Origin: Mizuhopecten yessoensis
Taxonomy: Eukaryota
NCBI RefSeq assembly: GCF_002113885.1
Contig: NW_018405747.1
Coordinates: 1,155,306-1,219,305, forward strand
Direction of reading: 5' to 3'
DNA: 64,000 bases
Shown here piece by piece: positions 1 through 12,100 of the stretch; position 1 is the stretch's first letter; every line of letters begins with the position of its first letter. A model generated the notes under the pieces. That model made no database searches. It saw nothing but the letters and a program-made list of their open reading frames with translations, and was not told where the DNA came from. The translations under genes and the position numbers were made by a program.

Positions 1-395
1 GGAGTTGTAACATCTAGTGTGTTAGATCATTAGTGAGCTAACATAAGGAGTTGTAACATCTAGTGTGTTAGATCATTAGTGAGCTAACATAAGGAGTTGT
101 AACATCTAGTGTGTTAGATCATTAGTGAGCTAACATAAGGAGTTGTAACATCTAGTGTGTTAGATCATTAGTGAGCTAACATAAGGAGTTGTAACATCTA
201 GTGTGTTAGATCATTAGTGAGCTAACATAAGGAGTTGTAACATCTAGTGTGTTAGATCATTAGCTAGCTAACATAAGGAGTTGTAACATCTAGTGTGTTA
301 GATCATTAGTGAGCTAACATAAGGAGTTGTAACATCTAGTATGTTAGATCATTAGTGAGCTAACATAAGGAGTTGTAACATCTAGTGTGTTAGAT
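1..395. repeat. 46-bp minisatellite, about 8.6 near-identical copies, truncated by the window start
   Basis: Unit GGAGTTGTAACATCTAGTGTGTTAGATCATTAGTGAGCTAACATAA starts at 1, 47, 93, ... 369. Confidence 0.97.
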
Positions 396-1506
396 TGTTA
401 ATGTACTTGATATCATAACCCTAATGCATAATTATTAATTTTGTAATGTACATATCTTCTACTGGAAAAACGTTTTGTGTTTAAGTTGAAATACTTTCTA
501 TACCTTAATAATCTCTTATTTATTTTATTTTACTTTTTTTTCTCTTCAGTTTGAACATATTATTTATTTATTGGAACTTACTTTATGTCATGTGTTCAAA
601 CTAAGGTACCGTGCTAAGTGTAGCTGAACAAGTGTCCTCGGTGTCATGATCTGTACCTGTGAATATTTTTGACACACTGTGTCGAGATCGTTCGCCGTGA
701 GACTTGCTCACAGATCGGTGTCAATACCTGTAGCCGTGATGTCAACACACCAGTGTTTGCATCTGTAGCTGTGATGTTGATAAACCTGCCTGTCTAGATT
801 CCTAGCTATGGTGTTGACACACTATAAGGGTTCTTAGTATTTAGCTGTGACGTTGAAGTGCTGTCGTTGAGATGTTCGAGAGTTGTTTGTACCGAGATCC
901 CTTCAGCCTGTGATAACTAGTCTTGGTCCACCATATCATTGTGTAAGACGTGCATTTATTCGTACTGTCTTTATCGATAAAACACATGCTAATCTTACCC
1001 TGTTTATTTATTTACAGATACCCTGGTAGTCAAATATATGTTTGTATTTGAAGTTTTCCTATGTAATGATCAATGTTAGGTTGAGTTTTTTTCTGATTAT
1101 TTGTTTAAACCTTTACATGTTCAGCCAAATGAATCATAGGTTATGATGTATGTTTATACATTTAACACAGTATTTCATAAATGTATAACTGTTATCAACA
1201 TGAATTCAACATGTGCAAATGCAAGTCAGAGCGTATCTTATAATTGTTGCTCTTTCATATAATTATAGAGTTTATATTTTCAAAATTTATTTCTATATAA
1301 GGTATCACATTATCAAGTTATGAGCACATTTGTTTCTATCATTCGTCGTTGATTTGTCTGCTGTAATGAATATATAGATAAAACGTCAATTTTTACCTGC
1401 TGTTTGTTATTATTATCTGGTTTATGAAACCTGTATGGTTCTTTTGATATGGACCCCCAATCAGACTGTCCCTAATATGGTCATGCAAAATCCAACGCCT
1501 TTGGTA

Positions 1507-2265
1507 TTTTTTATACGCCCGTCGAAGACGGGGACGTATTATGTTATCACGTGAGCGGGCGGGCGGGTGGGCNNNNNNNNNNNNNNNNNNNNNNNNNNNN
1601 NNNNNNNNNNNNNNNNNNNNNNNNNNNNNNNNNNNNNNNNNNNNNNNNNNNNNNNNNNNNNNNNNNNNNNNNNNNNNNNNNNNNNNNNNNNNNNNNNNNN
1701 NNNNNNNNNNNNNNNNNNNNNNNNNNNNNNNNNNNNNNNNNNNNNNNNNNNNNNNNNNNNNNNNNNNNNNNNNNNNNNNNNNNNNNNNNNNNNNNNNNNN
1801 NNNNNNNNNNNNNNNNNNNNNNNNNNNNNNNNNNNNNNNNNNNNNNNNNNNNNNNNNNNNNNNNNNNNNNNNNNNNNNNNNNNNNNNNNNNNNNNNNNNN
1901 NNNNNNNNNNNNNNNNNNNNNNNNNNNNNNNNNNNNNNNNNNNNNNNNNNNNNNNNNNNNNNNNNNNNNNNNNNNNNNNNNNNNNNNNNNNNNNNNNNNN
2001 NNNNNNNNNNNNNNNNNNNNNNNNNNNNNNNNNNNNNNNNNNNNNNNNNNNNNNNNNNNNNNNNTGGAGTTATTCCCCTTGGTTTCATTAATGCGATGCA
2101 TGCGTTCCATGATGTTGTATTGCACTCATTGATCTACCAGTTATGTTGAATGATTTCTCTTTTAATATCAATTACTCACAAATACTTCATATATTTCAAT
2201 CATACAAACAACTGCTCATTCAATGTGTGACGGGCGTATTATATACCGCTCGCAGTAACCTTGTT
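1507..2265 (+). mobile_element. HINE/DINE-1-like non-autonomous Helentron element; its core is lost in the assembly gap
   Basis: T-run, subTIR ATACGCCCGTC (1513) with inverted partner GACGGGACGTAT, (GCGG)n microsatellite running into the gap, 3' subTIR GACGGGCGTAT (2229), stem-loop TACCGCTCGCAGTA, then CTTGTT. Confidence 0.75.
1573..2064. other. Assembly gap (492 N)
   Basis: Run of N. Confidence 1.
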
Positions 2266-3809
2266 CTGCTTTAAAATAACTTAAATATAAGGGTAAGTAC
2301 TGTATACAACACCACATGATCTGTTGATAGCTGTACTATTTGACAATTCAGCTACCAACAAACATTTTGGAATTGGCGATAGATGATACAAAACTGTGCA
2401 CCACTTAACCGTCAAGTTCTACAGATTTCCAGCAATAAATGATTTGCGAACATGAAGTGTGACAGAATATCATAGAGATGTGAATTCAGTGTCGCACAAG
2501 ATTTATTCTACTGTGGATATGAAATGGCTGCAACGTCTGAGAAACTATTTTGTATAAAATTCTGAGATATATAAAGTATATGGCTAAAGTAACAGTAATT
2601 GTTGTAGTTATACAGTAGAATAGTCTACTCCATATAGACATGACTTANCACAGGTAGCTGTGTGGTATTGAAGTTCTACAGTAGAATGGTACGAAATTGA
2701 AAATATTAAATAATGATCTTTCGTGGTACCACATGGAGATGAGAAGAGTGAGTTTGACCACAAACTGTCCCATAGTCAGATTATAAGAGTAAGACATAAG
2801 ATTTCTTCATTCTTTTTATTGATTTTGTTCTGATAAAACATTCCAACTAATAACTAATTCCCCTAATCGGGACGGAGAGAAAGACTGGGATATCACTGTC
2901 ACTACGGGGTAAAATAGTGGTACACTTCTACACATCTACTCATATATATATATAGTCATGCAATAAATGAAAAACATTCTTTGGTTTTGAGCATTAATTC
3001 ATTAAGAAGTTGCATGTATGTATTGATCGTTTAAGTATTATGATTAAATTCACAGTTTATAAACGGGTAAAAATAAGTATAAACGTAGATATCATAGTAT
3101 ACATGGTATACATAATGCAGATAAATACCTTATACAGTATAACATGTTTACCTCAAGCCTCCCTACTGTGTGTACCTCAAGCACCCTACTGTACATGTAT
3201 GTGTACCCTGGAAAAGGTGTCTCTCATTAACTTGACTATAATGAATTTTGTCTATACATGTCTTATCACTCAAAAATATTTCTAAAATATTCAATTATTA
3301 TTATTATTAAAGTTTGTTATAACCATGTTACCGACTCCGCTCTCTATCCAAAACACTTCCTATTCTGAACATATTTAACATTCATTTGTCTTTTTAAGAT
3401 TTTATAATGGATACTATATACAGTATATATACAATATCAATATAGCCATTCAGATTTCATTACTTTTCATTTCATGCCAACTCCAAGAGTGTCTTCATTC
3501 ATACAAGTATATAAAATGTGACAAAAAATCTTGTTTTCAGTTTATCATAAGTGCAAATTAAATAAGTGTAAGTTAAGTAACAAACAAAATTCCGAATGAT
3601 ATATATACTACCTGTGTATACAGTGTATAAATGACATGAATACAGGATATATAAAACTGACACCATCACAAACAACTGGCATCTTCAGAAACACAGCACC
3701 AACAGGTTAAAAGCCACCTTTTACAGCACAACACTAGAATCTTTGTATATGTGATTATACATATTTATTGACAAACACATACCTGATTTAGTATTTTCTT
3801 AAATATTGG

Positions 3810-3900
3810 TTAACCCTTTCACCACTGTAGACCATTATGGACTCATCCAGATCAATGCAGGGTAGAGTCTTCTAAAGTTGCACAGGGGTGAAAGGGTTAA
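3810..3900 (+). mobile_element. 83-bp TTAA-flanked hairpin MITE, family A (piggyBac-like ends)
   Basis: TTAA-CCCTTTCACC...GGTGAAAGGG-TTAA; homologous copies at 35428, 37602 and 54807. Confidence 0.85.
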
Positions 3901-5834
3901 ATGGTTTGATTGATTTGATTGTCAGACAGGTGTGTCCTTTGTAACATAGCATGCTTATTACTCCAGATTACTTAACTTCATGCACACAACATTTTACACC
4001 GTTACATTTCTGTTCTACTTATAGTAGAAAGGAAAATACTAGAGGTTCATCAATATCTAGTGTTAACCTATCATACAATTATCAACAAAATTAGAAATAT
4101 CACAACTGTTTTATAACTCACTAATATCTATATTAAAAATGTTAAGGTACTTTTTTCTGTTTAAATCAACCATATGATTATATTAAGAGGTCTTTTCATC
4201 GCATTTAAATCATCTATATTTCTTTTTCCAGCTCAACTAAAAATATTTCTTTGAAAAACACATGTACACCAAATACCAAAGTATTCTGAACCTATTTATA
4301 TGGAAACCTTCTGGCAAAAACTATGAAAAATTTAAATGTGGGTATATGTAGGACTATCCAAAAACGAGATTTTTAAGAAGTCAGAACAAGTTCTTGCTGA
4401 AAATTTCCTCTTTATATTTTACAAAACAATCAAATTAACACCAATTTTACATGAAAAGTAGAACTATTTGTCACCAGATCAAAACTTGTATATGTATAGA
4501 TGCATCAAGCAGATCTGCCTTCATAAATATACCTATAATAAATGTCACGTTATTGCACAGATTATAACCTTAAGTAGTTTCAAGATGTACAGAAAACTGG
4601 GCACAGATTGCTGTTCTTTAGTAAATGGAAAACCGGATGTCAGATCTCAAACCAAGGACATGGATCCAATATGGATGCCAGTATCCAACTACATGTATAT
4701 ATATATAACTAACTGGTAAAAAAATCTTTGTAAAGAGAGGAACAGCTACTGACAAGATTATCTTTTTCCTATATATGGGGCTGGAAAGCTACACTGCAAA
4801 TCACAATATCTTTCTGATGTACTTAGTACTATAACACATAATCTTTGTCTAAGAATCAATTCCATGTTTCTAATTCAAGCATCTGGTGAGATATGACATC
4901 CCCTGTTGTAAAAAAACTCTTACCCAGTGTCAGTTCTGGTAGTCGGAGTTTGAAAGGTTATATGATTTTATTTCTTCAGATATGTGAGAAGTAATGAACA
5001 TTTCATTTAAGCATTGTAGGTCTAGTGACACACACAGGTATTGTCCCAGTCCTAACTTTTTTCATGGTTTTCAATGAAATCCTGTATACATAATTAATTT
5101 CGGAACAACTCAAGACATTTCAAGTTCTAGACTTGTGTGGTTTTCCTTTGGGAATCATCAACTTTTTATCAGGACCCATGTATTTTAGTAATGGGTCTCA
5201 TCAAAATTCTGAAAATGATGATCAGGACTAGCCAGTGAGCTATTATATATGTTCTTATTAAATCTGACTTACACAAATTTATGTACCAATAAAGGTAAAA
5301 ATTATAACTTTAAAGAAACTTACCAGTTGGATAATGTATGTATGATTAGGACAATACAGCACAGCTAATGTAAAATAGTAACTGACAAAAAAATAAATAG
5401 AAAATTTGTTTACAGATATTTAAATTACTTTAATAAAATACAGAAATATCAAAGGCTATATACCATAAGGATCTGAAACCTTCATACATCATAATCCTTA
5501 AGAACACATTGATATTTTACAGTTGTTGAAAAAAAAGCACTATAATATGATCAAATTACACGTAGGATATTCAAAATATTCTACATTAAATCTCTGTATT
5601 TTTTCATAAATAAACAACTAAGATGTAGTAAATAAATATCAGTGTGCCTTACATGTACATATAATGATTCTCAACAAACATAATTCACAAATACATTAAT
5701 AGTTGTCATAATAAGCTTCGACAGACCAACCACTCCTCAGCTGAGCAAATACAACTTTCTAGGGAACACAAGAGTAGGAACATGACTAAAACATAATTTG
5801 ACATAGTACAATGGTTAATGCTGCAGTGCTTCCT

Positions 5835-5925
5835 TTAACTCATTCACCCCTGAAATTTCATAATTGACTATTCCAACCTTTGAATTGGAAGAGTTCAAAT
5901 GTGTCTTCAGGGGTGAATGAGTTAA
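5835..5925 (+). mobile_element. 83-bp TTAA-flanked hairpin MITE, family B
   Basis: TTAA-CTCATTCACCCCTGAA...TTCAGGGGTGAATGAG-TTAA; inverted copy at 12408. Confidence 0.85.
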
Positions 5926-7907
5926 AAAACCCAGCATGCATATGCTGGACCAAAATCATATCCAAAGAGTATTTAGAAATTGAATGGTTATTTGGGTTGT
6001 TTTGCTAATTTGAATCAAGCAAATGACTAGTAGCTATATATATATAGTATTCTCATAAAAAATATTTGATTTCCTTATCACTAATGTTGTGAAAAACGTT
6101 CAGTTTCAGTAACAATAGTTGAGGGTATTAAAAGACTACATAATTGGCAAGGATTGTTTGGAAAAAGGTGAATTCTAATGAATAAAACCAAACAAGAGGC
6201 ACACAGGCTTTCATAGCTTACTAGCTGTATTTCTTTGTTTTTAACGTTGCATATACCATATTTGTACAAGAAATATAAGCTGAGAACAATTAACAAGGAG
6301 AAGGCAAGACTCTAGTGGCATTTGATTCATGCTAGCATATATTTCTTCATGCCGAGCCATTTTGAACATGGTAAATGGGCAGGAGTCTTAATTTAATTGT
6401 TTTCATGTTATAACCCAGGGGAAAAGATCAATCCCCTAGCTATATTTAGCCAAATCCTATTTAGCATAATTGTATTTATTACTTCATACTGATTATTGTT
6501 TACAAAGTTATGGCTGGGAAACTCAACTGTCTTGTAATTATGACTAATGTATTTAGTCCTCAAGGGCGAGACAAGTCTTGGGACAAATTCTAGTAGTATG
6601 ATTGTATTTATTTCTTGAAGCATAACAGTTGTTTATGAGTGTGGGGTCTTAACTGTGTCGATGTCAAATATGGCTCAAAGACAAGTCTTTAGGGGTCAGG
6701 CTGGACTCTAGCGCAATCCTGGTATTAGGATTACCGGATATGTTGGTCTCTTCATGCCAACCAATTGATGTATATACATTTGTATAGGAATGGGTTGGGG
6801 ATCTCTACATTTTCCATACTCTATGGTTCAGGGACAAAGTCAAAATCTCTGAGTGAATCTCTATTCCCCTTTGCACCTATTTCAGACTTTGGCCCCAGAG
6901 AGTGCATTATCTATAATTATACAAAAGTTGTTAATTTTGTCACAGTCAAACTTCTGGCACGATCTTCAATGATACAACACATGATCACAACCCTCCAGAA
7001 ATGTTACTGACTGAATATGCTACATAACTATAATCTGTGCAGTCCTTCAGGAGTGACTTTTAATTGCCAAATTTTGGCCCTCTGTTGACCATGCCCTTTA
7101 CTTTTTTTCCCCAAGGGGTTAAAGTATTTATTTTTTTTACAAAATTTTACTTTTTTGAACTACACATACTGATGTTAACTGACAAATTTGGTTTACATTC
7201 ATCAAGCTCTTCTGAAGAGATAGTCTATTGATGCCTGAAACCACCAATTAACACTGCTGAGCCCTTTGGCCCCAGAAGAGCCACCATGTACACCATTCCT
7301 GTATACATTTAGTTCTCTGGACATAAGTATACAAATGGAATTTGGTTGAATATATATATACTGATCAGTTGTTCAGGAGGAGCAAGGTTTCAAAGGGAAA
7401 AGTTAACAAACAATGCACCATGGATTAGCACACATTTGACAGTTTGAATCGTGGCGAGCGATTGTCATTTTACTATGACTAAGTGAAATCATCACATAAG
7501 ATTAAGACAAAATATAAAGTGAAGTAAATATGGTATCTCCATGATGACATGTGTTTCAATAAGTGATACAATAAAGTCTAAAGGCAAAATCAGAAATGCA
7601 ACAAAAATTTACAAAGATCAAAACAGGAATTAAAACACCTAAAAAAACACAAAACAAAATTACATGTAAGTTTGAACAAAATCATATCATTGTTATAATA
7701 GTTCAAAAATGATATGATATTTATATCCTAATAGAACCCTTGATAAGTTATATACTGCAGTGTGTGGAATTCTTGAATGCAGTACATATACACTTCTGTA
7801 GGACAGGGTGAATATGCCACAAAGAACACATGTCATGGATTTTATGCGGATGCATTCAATTCAAATACAAATCCTGTAGGTTTATACAGTAGTGGAGATA
7901 AATAGTT

Positions 7908-8879
7908 TTAGTTACACTTGGTGAATCTTAAGGGACTAGATCCAGAATGTACAATACCACAATTTGAGGGTATAACCATTCTATAGCTGATAAACCAGCA
8001 TCCCACTGCAATAAAAGCTGCTGATACTTTTTGAGAAAGTGTGTGAAACCGGTAAATAGTGCTGATTATGAGCATGAATTCCCATAACACAGTAAGGGCA
8101 GCAAGAATCATAACATTTATTTTTATGTACGGAGTCAGTTCCTTATATGCTTGTTTGGTGGTCCGTATGTCACTCTCCTTTACATCTTTCTGGCTTGCAA
8201 GATTTTCCTCTTCGAGAATGTTCTCTAACTTTGACCAATCTTTGAAAAACTTCACTTCTTCAGATATTGTCAATAAATTGTGAATCAACAGGAACACATG
8301 TCCAGATATATCAAAGCCCAGCCAGGACTGTCCAGCCTTATTACAAGAAAATCTTGTGGGATAAGTAGGTTCTGTACAAATCCCTACAACAGACTCCACG
8401 TAATTGAAAACTGACGTCACCGCATACCACCAAAACGTTGCTAGACCAAGTCGAAGGAAATGTAATTTGACCTGCGGCCATTTACCCAAAGTGTATACGA
8501 AGCTAGTCATACCTGTGAATACTGAGAGTGATGTCAGCGTCCATCCCCATCCTAATTTCACGAAGAATTGGTTGAATATATTTTGTGAATCGGAGAAATA
8601 CGATCTTTGCAATGCCACGACATCCGCCAAAATTGAGCCAGCCATCACCCCAATCAAGTAGACGCCGATTTTTACAGCGGTATCGGCCAACAGTATTTTT
8701 TTGCAAATCGTCATGATAACTATCATGACAAAATGTCCAACATGTGTAGGGGCAGGTAGCTGCTTTTTACCTTGTCCTCGCATTTTTCGTGGATCACTGA
8801 ATTTTTGAGAACCCGTTGAGCCAGCGGGTTGACGCTTTATTCCGGCCATTTTGTCCAAAACTACGGGGTCATGTGACAT
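7908..8879 (-). CDS. FITM2: Fat storage-inducing transmembrane protein / acyl-CoA diphosphatase FITM2-like, single coding exon. The start may be the second ATG at 8849 (MAGIKRQ).
   Basis: 323-aa ORF with FIT/Scs3 motifs NIFNQFFVKLGWGWT, C..AGQSWLGFDISGHVFLL (catalytic His plus FLL) and YRFHTLSQK; several transmembrane segments. Confidence 0.93.
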   Translation of the reverse strand: MSHDPVVLDKMAGIKRQPAGSTGSQKFSDPRKMRGQGKKQLPAPTHVGHFVMIVIMTICKKILLADTAVKIGVYLIGVMAGSILADVVALQRSYFSDSQNIFNQFFVKLGWGWTLTSLSVFTGMTSFVYTLGKWPQVKLHFLRLGLATFWWYAVTSVFNYVESVVGICTEPTYPTRFSCNKAGQSWLGFDISGHVFLLIHNLLTISEEVKFFKDWSKLENILEEENLASQKDVKESDIRTTKQAYKELTPYIKINVMILAALTVLWEFMLIISTIYRFHTLSQKVSAAFIAVGCWFISYRMVIPSNCGIVHSGSSPLRFTKCN

Positions 8880-9152
8880 TTATTGAGGCGCGTTCTAATA
8901 CGCATACTACCAATCGTTATTCACATATACAGGAAACTAATATTTAGAATGTCTTTCAAAAAAAAGATAAAGAGCATATCAGAAAAGAATATATATTTTA
9001 ATTAAAATCATTAGATTATACATAGGAGCAAAAATATTTGGTCTTTATTTTCGCATGTTCAACTAAGATTTAGAATAAAACACACCGCCTTCTTGTCACG
9101 TGACCTGTTATTATATTTGGCAGCCATTTGTCAGCCGCAAAGAAGAAGAAAA
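8880..9152. promoter_or_regulatory. Probable bidirectional promoter, FITM2/ZFAT
   Basis: About 270 bp between divergent ATGs; palindromic E-box GTCACGTGAC at 9095-9104; YY1-like GCCATTT at about 9123. Confidence 0.6.
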
Positions 9153-12100
9153 ATGAGTATTGAAGACAAAACATCAGGTTAAGCCAGTTTTTACCAATAA
9201 CATTGCACGTTATGATCAAATATTCTAAAAATGAAGCCATATTTATCAATTGTTGTTATTTTGGAAATGTTGATTTCTCTTCATCCCAAAATAAGTTGCT
9301 AGCTTTTTCAATGCCAAATGAGTCAGTTTCAAGAATTGTGTACGGGAGCACTGTTTCGAACTTAGAGCTATTATATCTGAAGATAAAATTCAGTGATATT
9401 GAAAAGGCTAAATTGCATCAAACTATTATCAAAAACCGATTCATTGATAGACGAGGAATGTCATTCCCCAACATGACATTTCGAGTAGGACAGGAAAATA
9501 AATAGGGGGCCACATACAGGGTAATTCAGGAGTTCATCTCCATATTTGGTGCGTTTATTCTTAATGGTGTTTGACCCCATAAAGTATAGCAGTTTCAGAT
9601 GAAAAGGAATTGATATCGAATTGTTTATTATTAATATTTTCAACAATATATAGAAATACATCTGCACTTATTACTGAAAAAAATTTAACCATCAAAATAA
9701 TGAGATTGAGAGACGTCTATCGTATATTACGTCTCTGAAATAATTAAAACATTTAGGACTTATTAATAAGGATGAATGTACCAAAATTGGAATGATACCC
9801 GAAGTGGAAAAGTTTATAATGCAGCATTTTTATTCGCAATGCAAATGAATTGTATGTTATTTGTAATCAAAACTTATTTAGTTTGAAGCATTTTGAACAA
9901 ATTTCATTTCAATACCCCTTTAATATAAAATGCCCATGATGAAATCTCAATTGAAATTATATTAAAAAAACAGAAATGAAACAAAATCCTTGGACATCAT
10001 AAATACCCTATCACATTTCCTACTTCTAAGCATGGACAAATGTTTGTTCAAATACATATCTATTTAAATAAATGACTAAAAAATTTGTCAGAAATTGTCA
10101 AAACTTTTTTGAAATAAAGAAACTAGAATAATGTTTTCAATATTGTCGGATATTTTCATAAACTTACTTGTTTGATGAGGCGCGTTTTACTGTTCTTAAT
10201 GGATTAATTTTTTTTTTCCCGTGAGACTAATGCAAATGCTTGATCAAAAATAGACTTTTAGCCTTAAATGGGACAAGATATTCAACTCTTTAATTGATTC
10301 AGGAACATGTGAAAAGTTATTTCATACAAGTACAAAGCATATATTGGTGGAACAAATTAATCACACCACCTTGTTCCCGGATAAATGCTTCAAACTAACA
10401 GTCAAAGGCGTGTATCTATTTAAGTAATACACATCCATTCTAAGAACATTGCTTTTTCAGATACAGTGCCTACATTGGACCATATACTGTGGTTATTACT
10501 TAAGATATTTATATACATTAAATTGTATAAATACTGTATCTGCAGGGGATATAAAAAAAATGTGCATTGTTACTGTTGTGTTTTGGAATTAGATATATGA
10601 CTTAAAGTTTTAGTGTTTACAACTAAATAACATGGTTTGAAATTGAATCTGGGAAAGTATTTTTATGTTTAGTTCTTTCTTAAATCTGAAAAGTTTATAG
10701 ATGGCTTGGTTTGAAATTATTTGCCAAACATGCAAACCACCCAGTATAATTTAATAAGTTAACTGTAATGTTTTGTTTTAGTCCAGCGATATTTTTTTTT
10801 TCTTTCAGGATAAACTAAAGGTTACAATAGATACATGTACATATAGAAGTCAATTTTATGAAATGCTGGTTATGCATGTTCCTTAAATTCCTTCTGTCAG
10901 ATGTGAAGCAGAATAATCAATGTTTTCTTTTTATTGCCTGTTGACAGATCATTGATACGTACCTGCTGGGTGTTGTACAGATACATCTCTATAGTAGCTC
11001 TTTGGCCCTGACACTTCCCTACAGCAGCCATGCCGGCGGACATGTTTATCTGTGGTTCCTGCCATGCAAACTTCAGTGACATTGACAACTTTGTGCAGCA
11101 CAAGAAGGAGCCTTGTGAACCTGTCAACAACGACACTGAGATCTTTACAGAAACCACAGACGGCACCACAGAGACTATCATACCTCTCAATGTCGGTCAG
11201 TATAACGTCGACACATCATCAAAAATTGTCATCCAGTGATTTGCGGTTCACTGATTAGGAAGGTTGATTCTTAAAGCTTTAAGCCATTTTTAGATTTTTT
11301 CAATTATTGTGATAGGTCATCAGCTCCTATAAATCAATTTCAGTATGTGCATATAGGCCTTGGTCCTTGTCCACTTTAATCCCTGATGTCAGTTATAAAT
11401 GTTATATGTTGATCTGTCAGTTATAAATGTTATATGTTGATCTGTATGATTTACCAATATTTTGTTGGTACACAATCTGTCCCTGTTAATATTAGTCAGT
11501 ATAGGTCAATAACCCCGTACATATAAATTATTCTGTTCAATCTTTTCAGAATTATTATTGTAACAATTAGAATTCACTACAAAATTGTATAAAAGTACAC
11601 GTATACAATGTCAAGAAACTATGATGAATAATCACATTCTTCTTCTACCAAACGGACACAATACTTACAGTAAATATAAGTTACCAGGTAATTAATTAAG
11701 TGTCACAGGGCTTAACAAAACCTCACATCCTGTTGGTTTGAGTCAAATTTTATTTATTGACAGGAGAAGCATGTAGATTCATACAAAAATCCCTACAATA
11801 CAAATATGGCCTAGAATTAGTACGTTGCCGTATAAAATACCTATGTCTGACAAGTTTAATATTTAATTCATATAATTCAAATTAAATATTCCAATTTACA
11901 ACTACATTTCATTATACAAGTTATAGTTACCTTCCGAGACTGTCAAGGTCCGGTAAAATCATGCATATATTATAGTAGTCTCTAATTTACGAGTAAGGCT
12001 GAGCCGTGCAGGCGGGACCCTAGAGGATACGTTCCGTCTCACGAAAAACAGCCAACTGCGAACTAGTGCAGTATATATATTACTAGTTTTATTTATACTC

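Noticed and set aside
1-395. CRISPR-like array (also considered for 25529-26336, 32248-32740, 48747-49012 and 62715-64000)
   Set aside because: Head-to-tail repeats with no unique spacers, no cas genes, and eukaryotic intron-exon context.
590-1030. CpG-richer stretch possibly from a mobile element (similar case at 11940-12270)
   Set aside because: No ends, TSD, second copy or coding motif could be defined by eye.
1393-2149. Five long ORFs spanning the gap
   Set aside because: Artefacts of translating N runs.
6400-7010. Short ORFs downstream of FITM2 as a retroelement or extra gene
   Set aside because: No recognisable domain or splice chain; likely 3' UTR or intergenic sequence.
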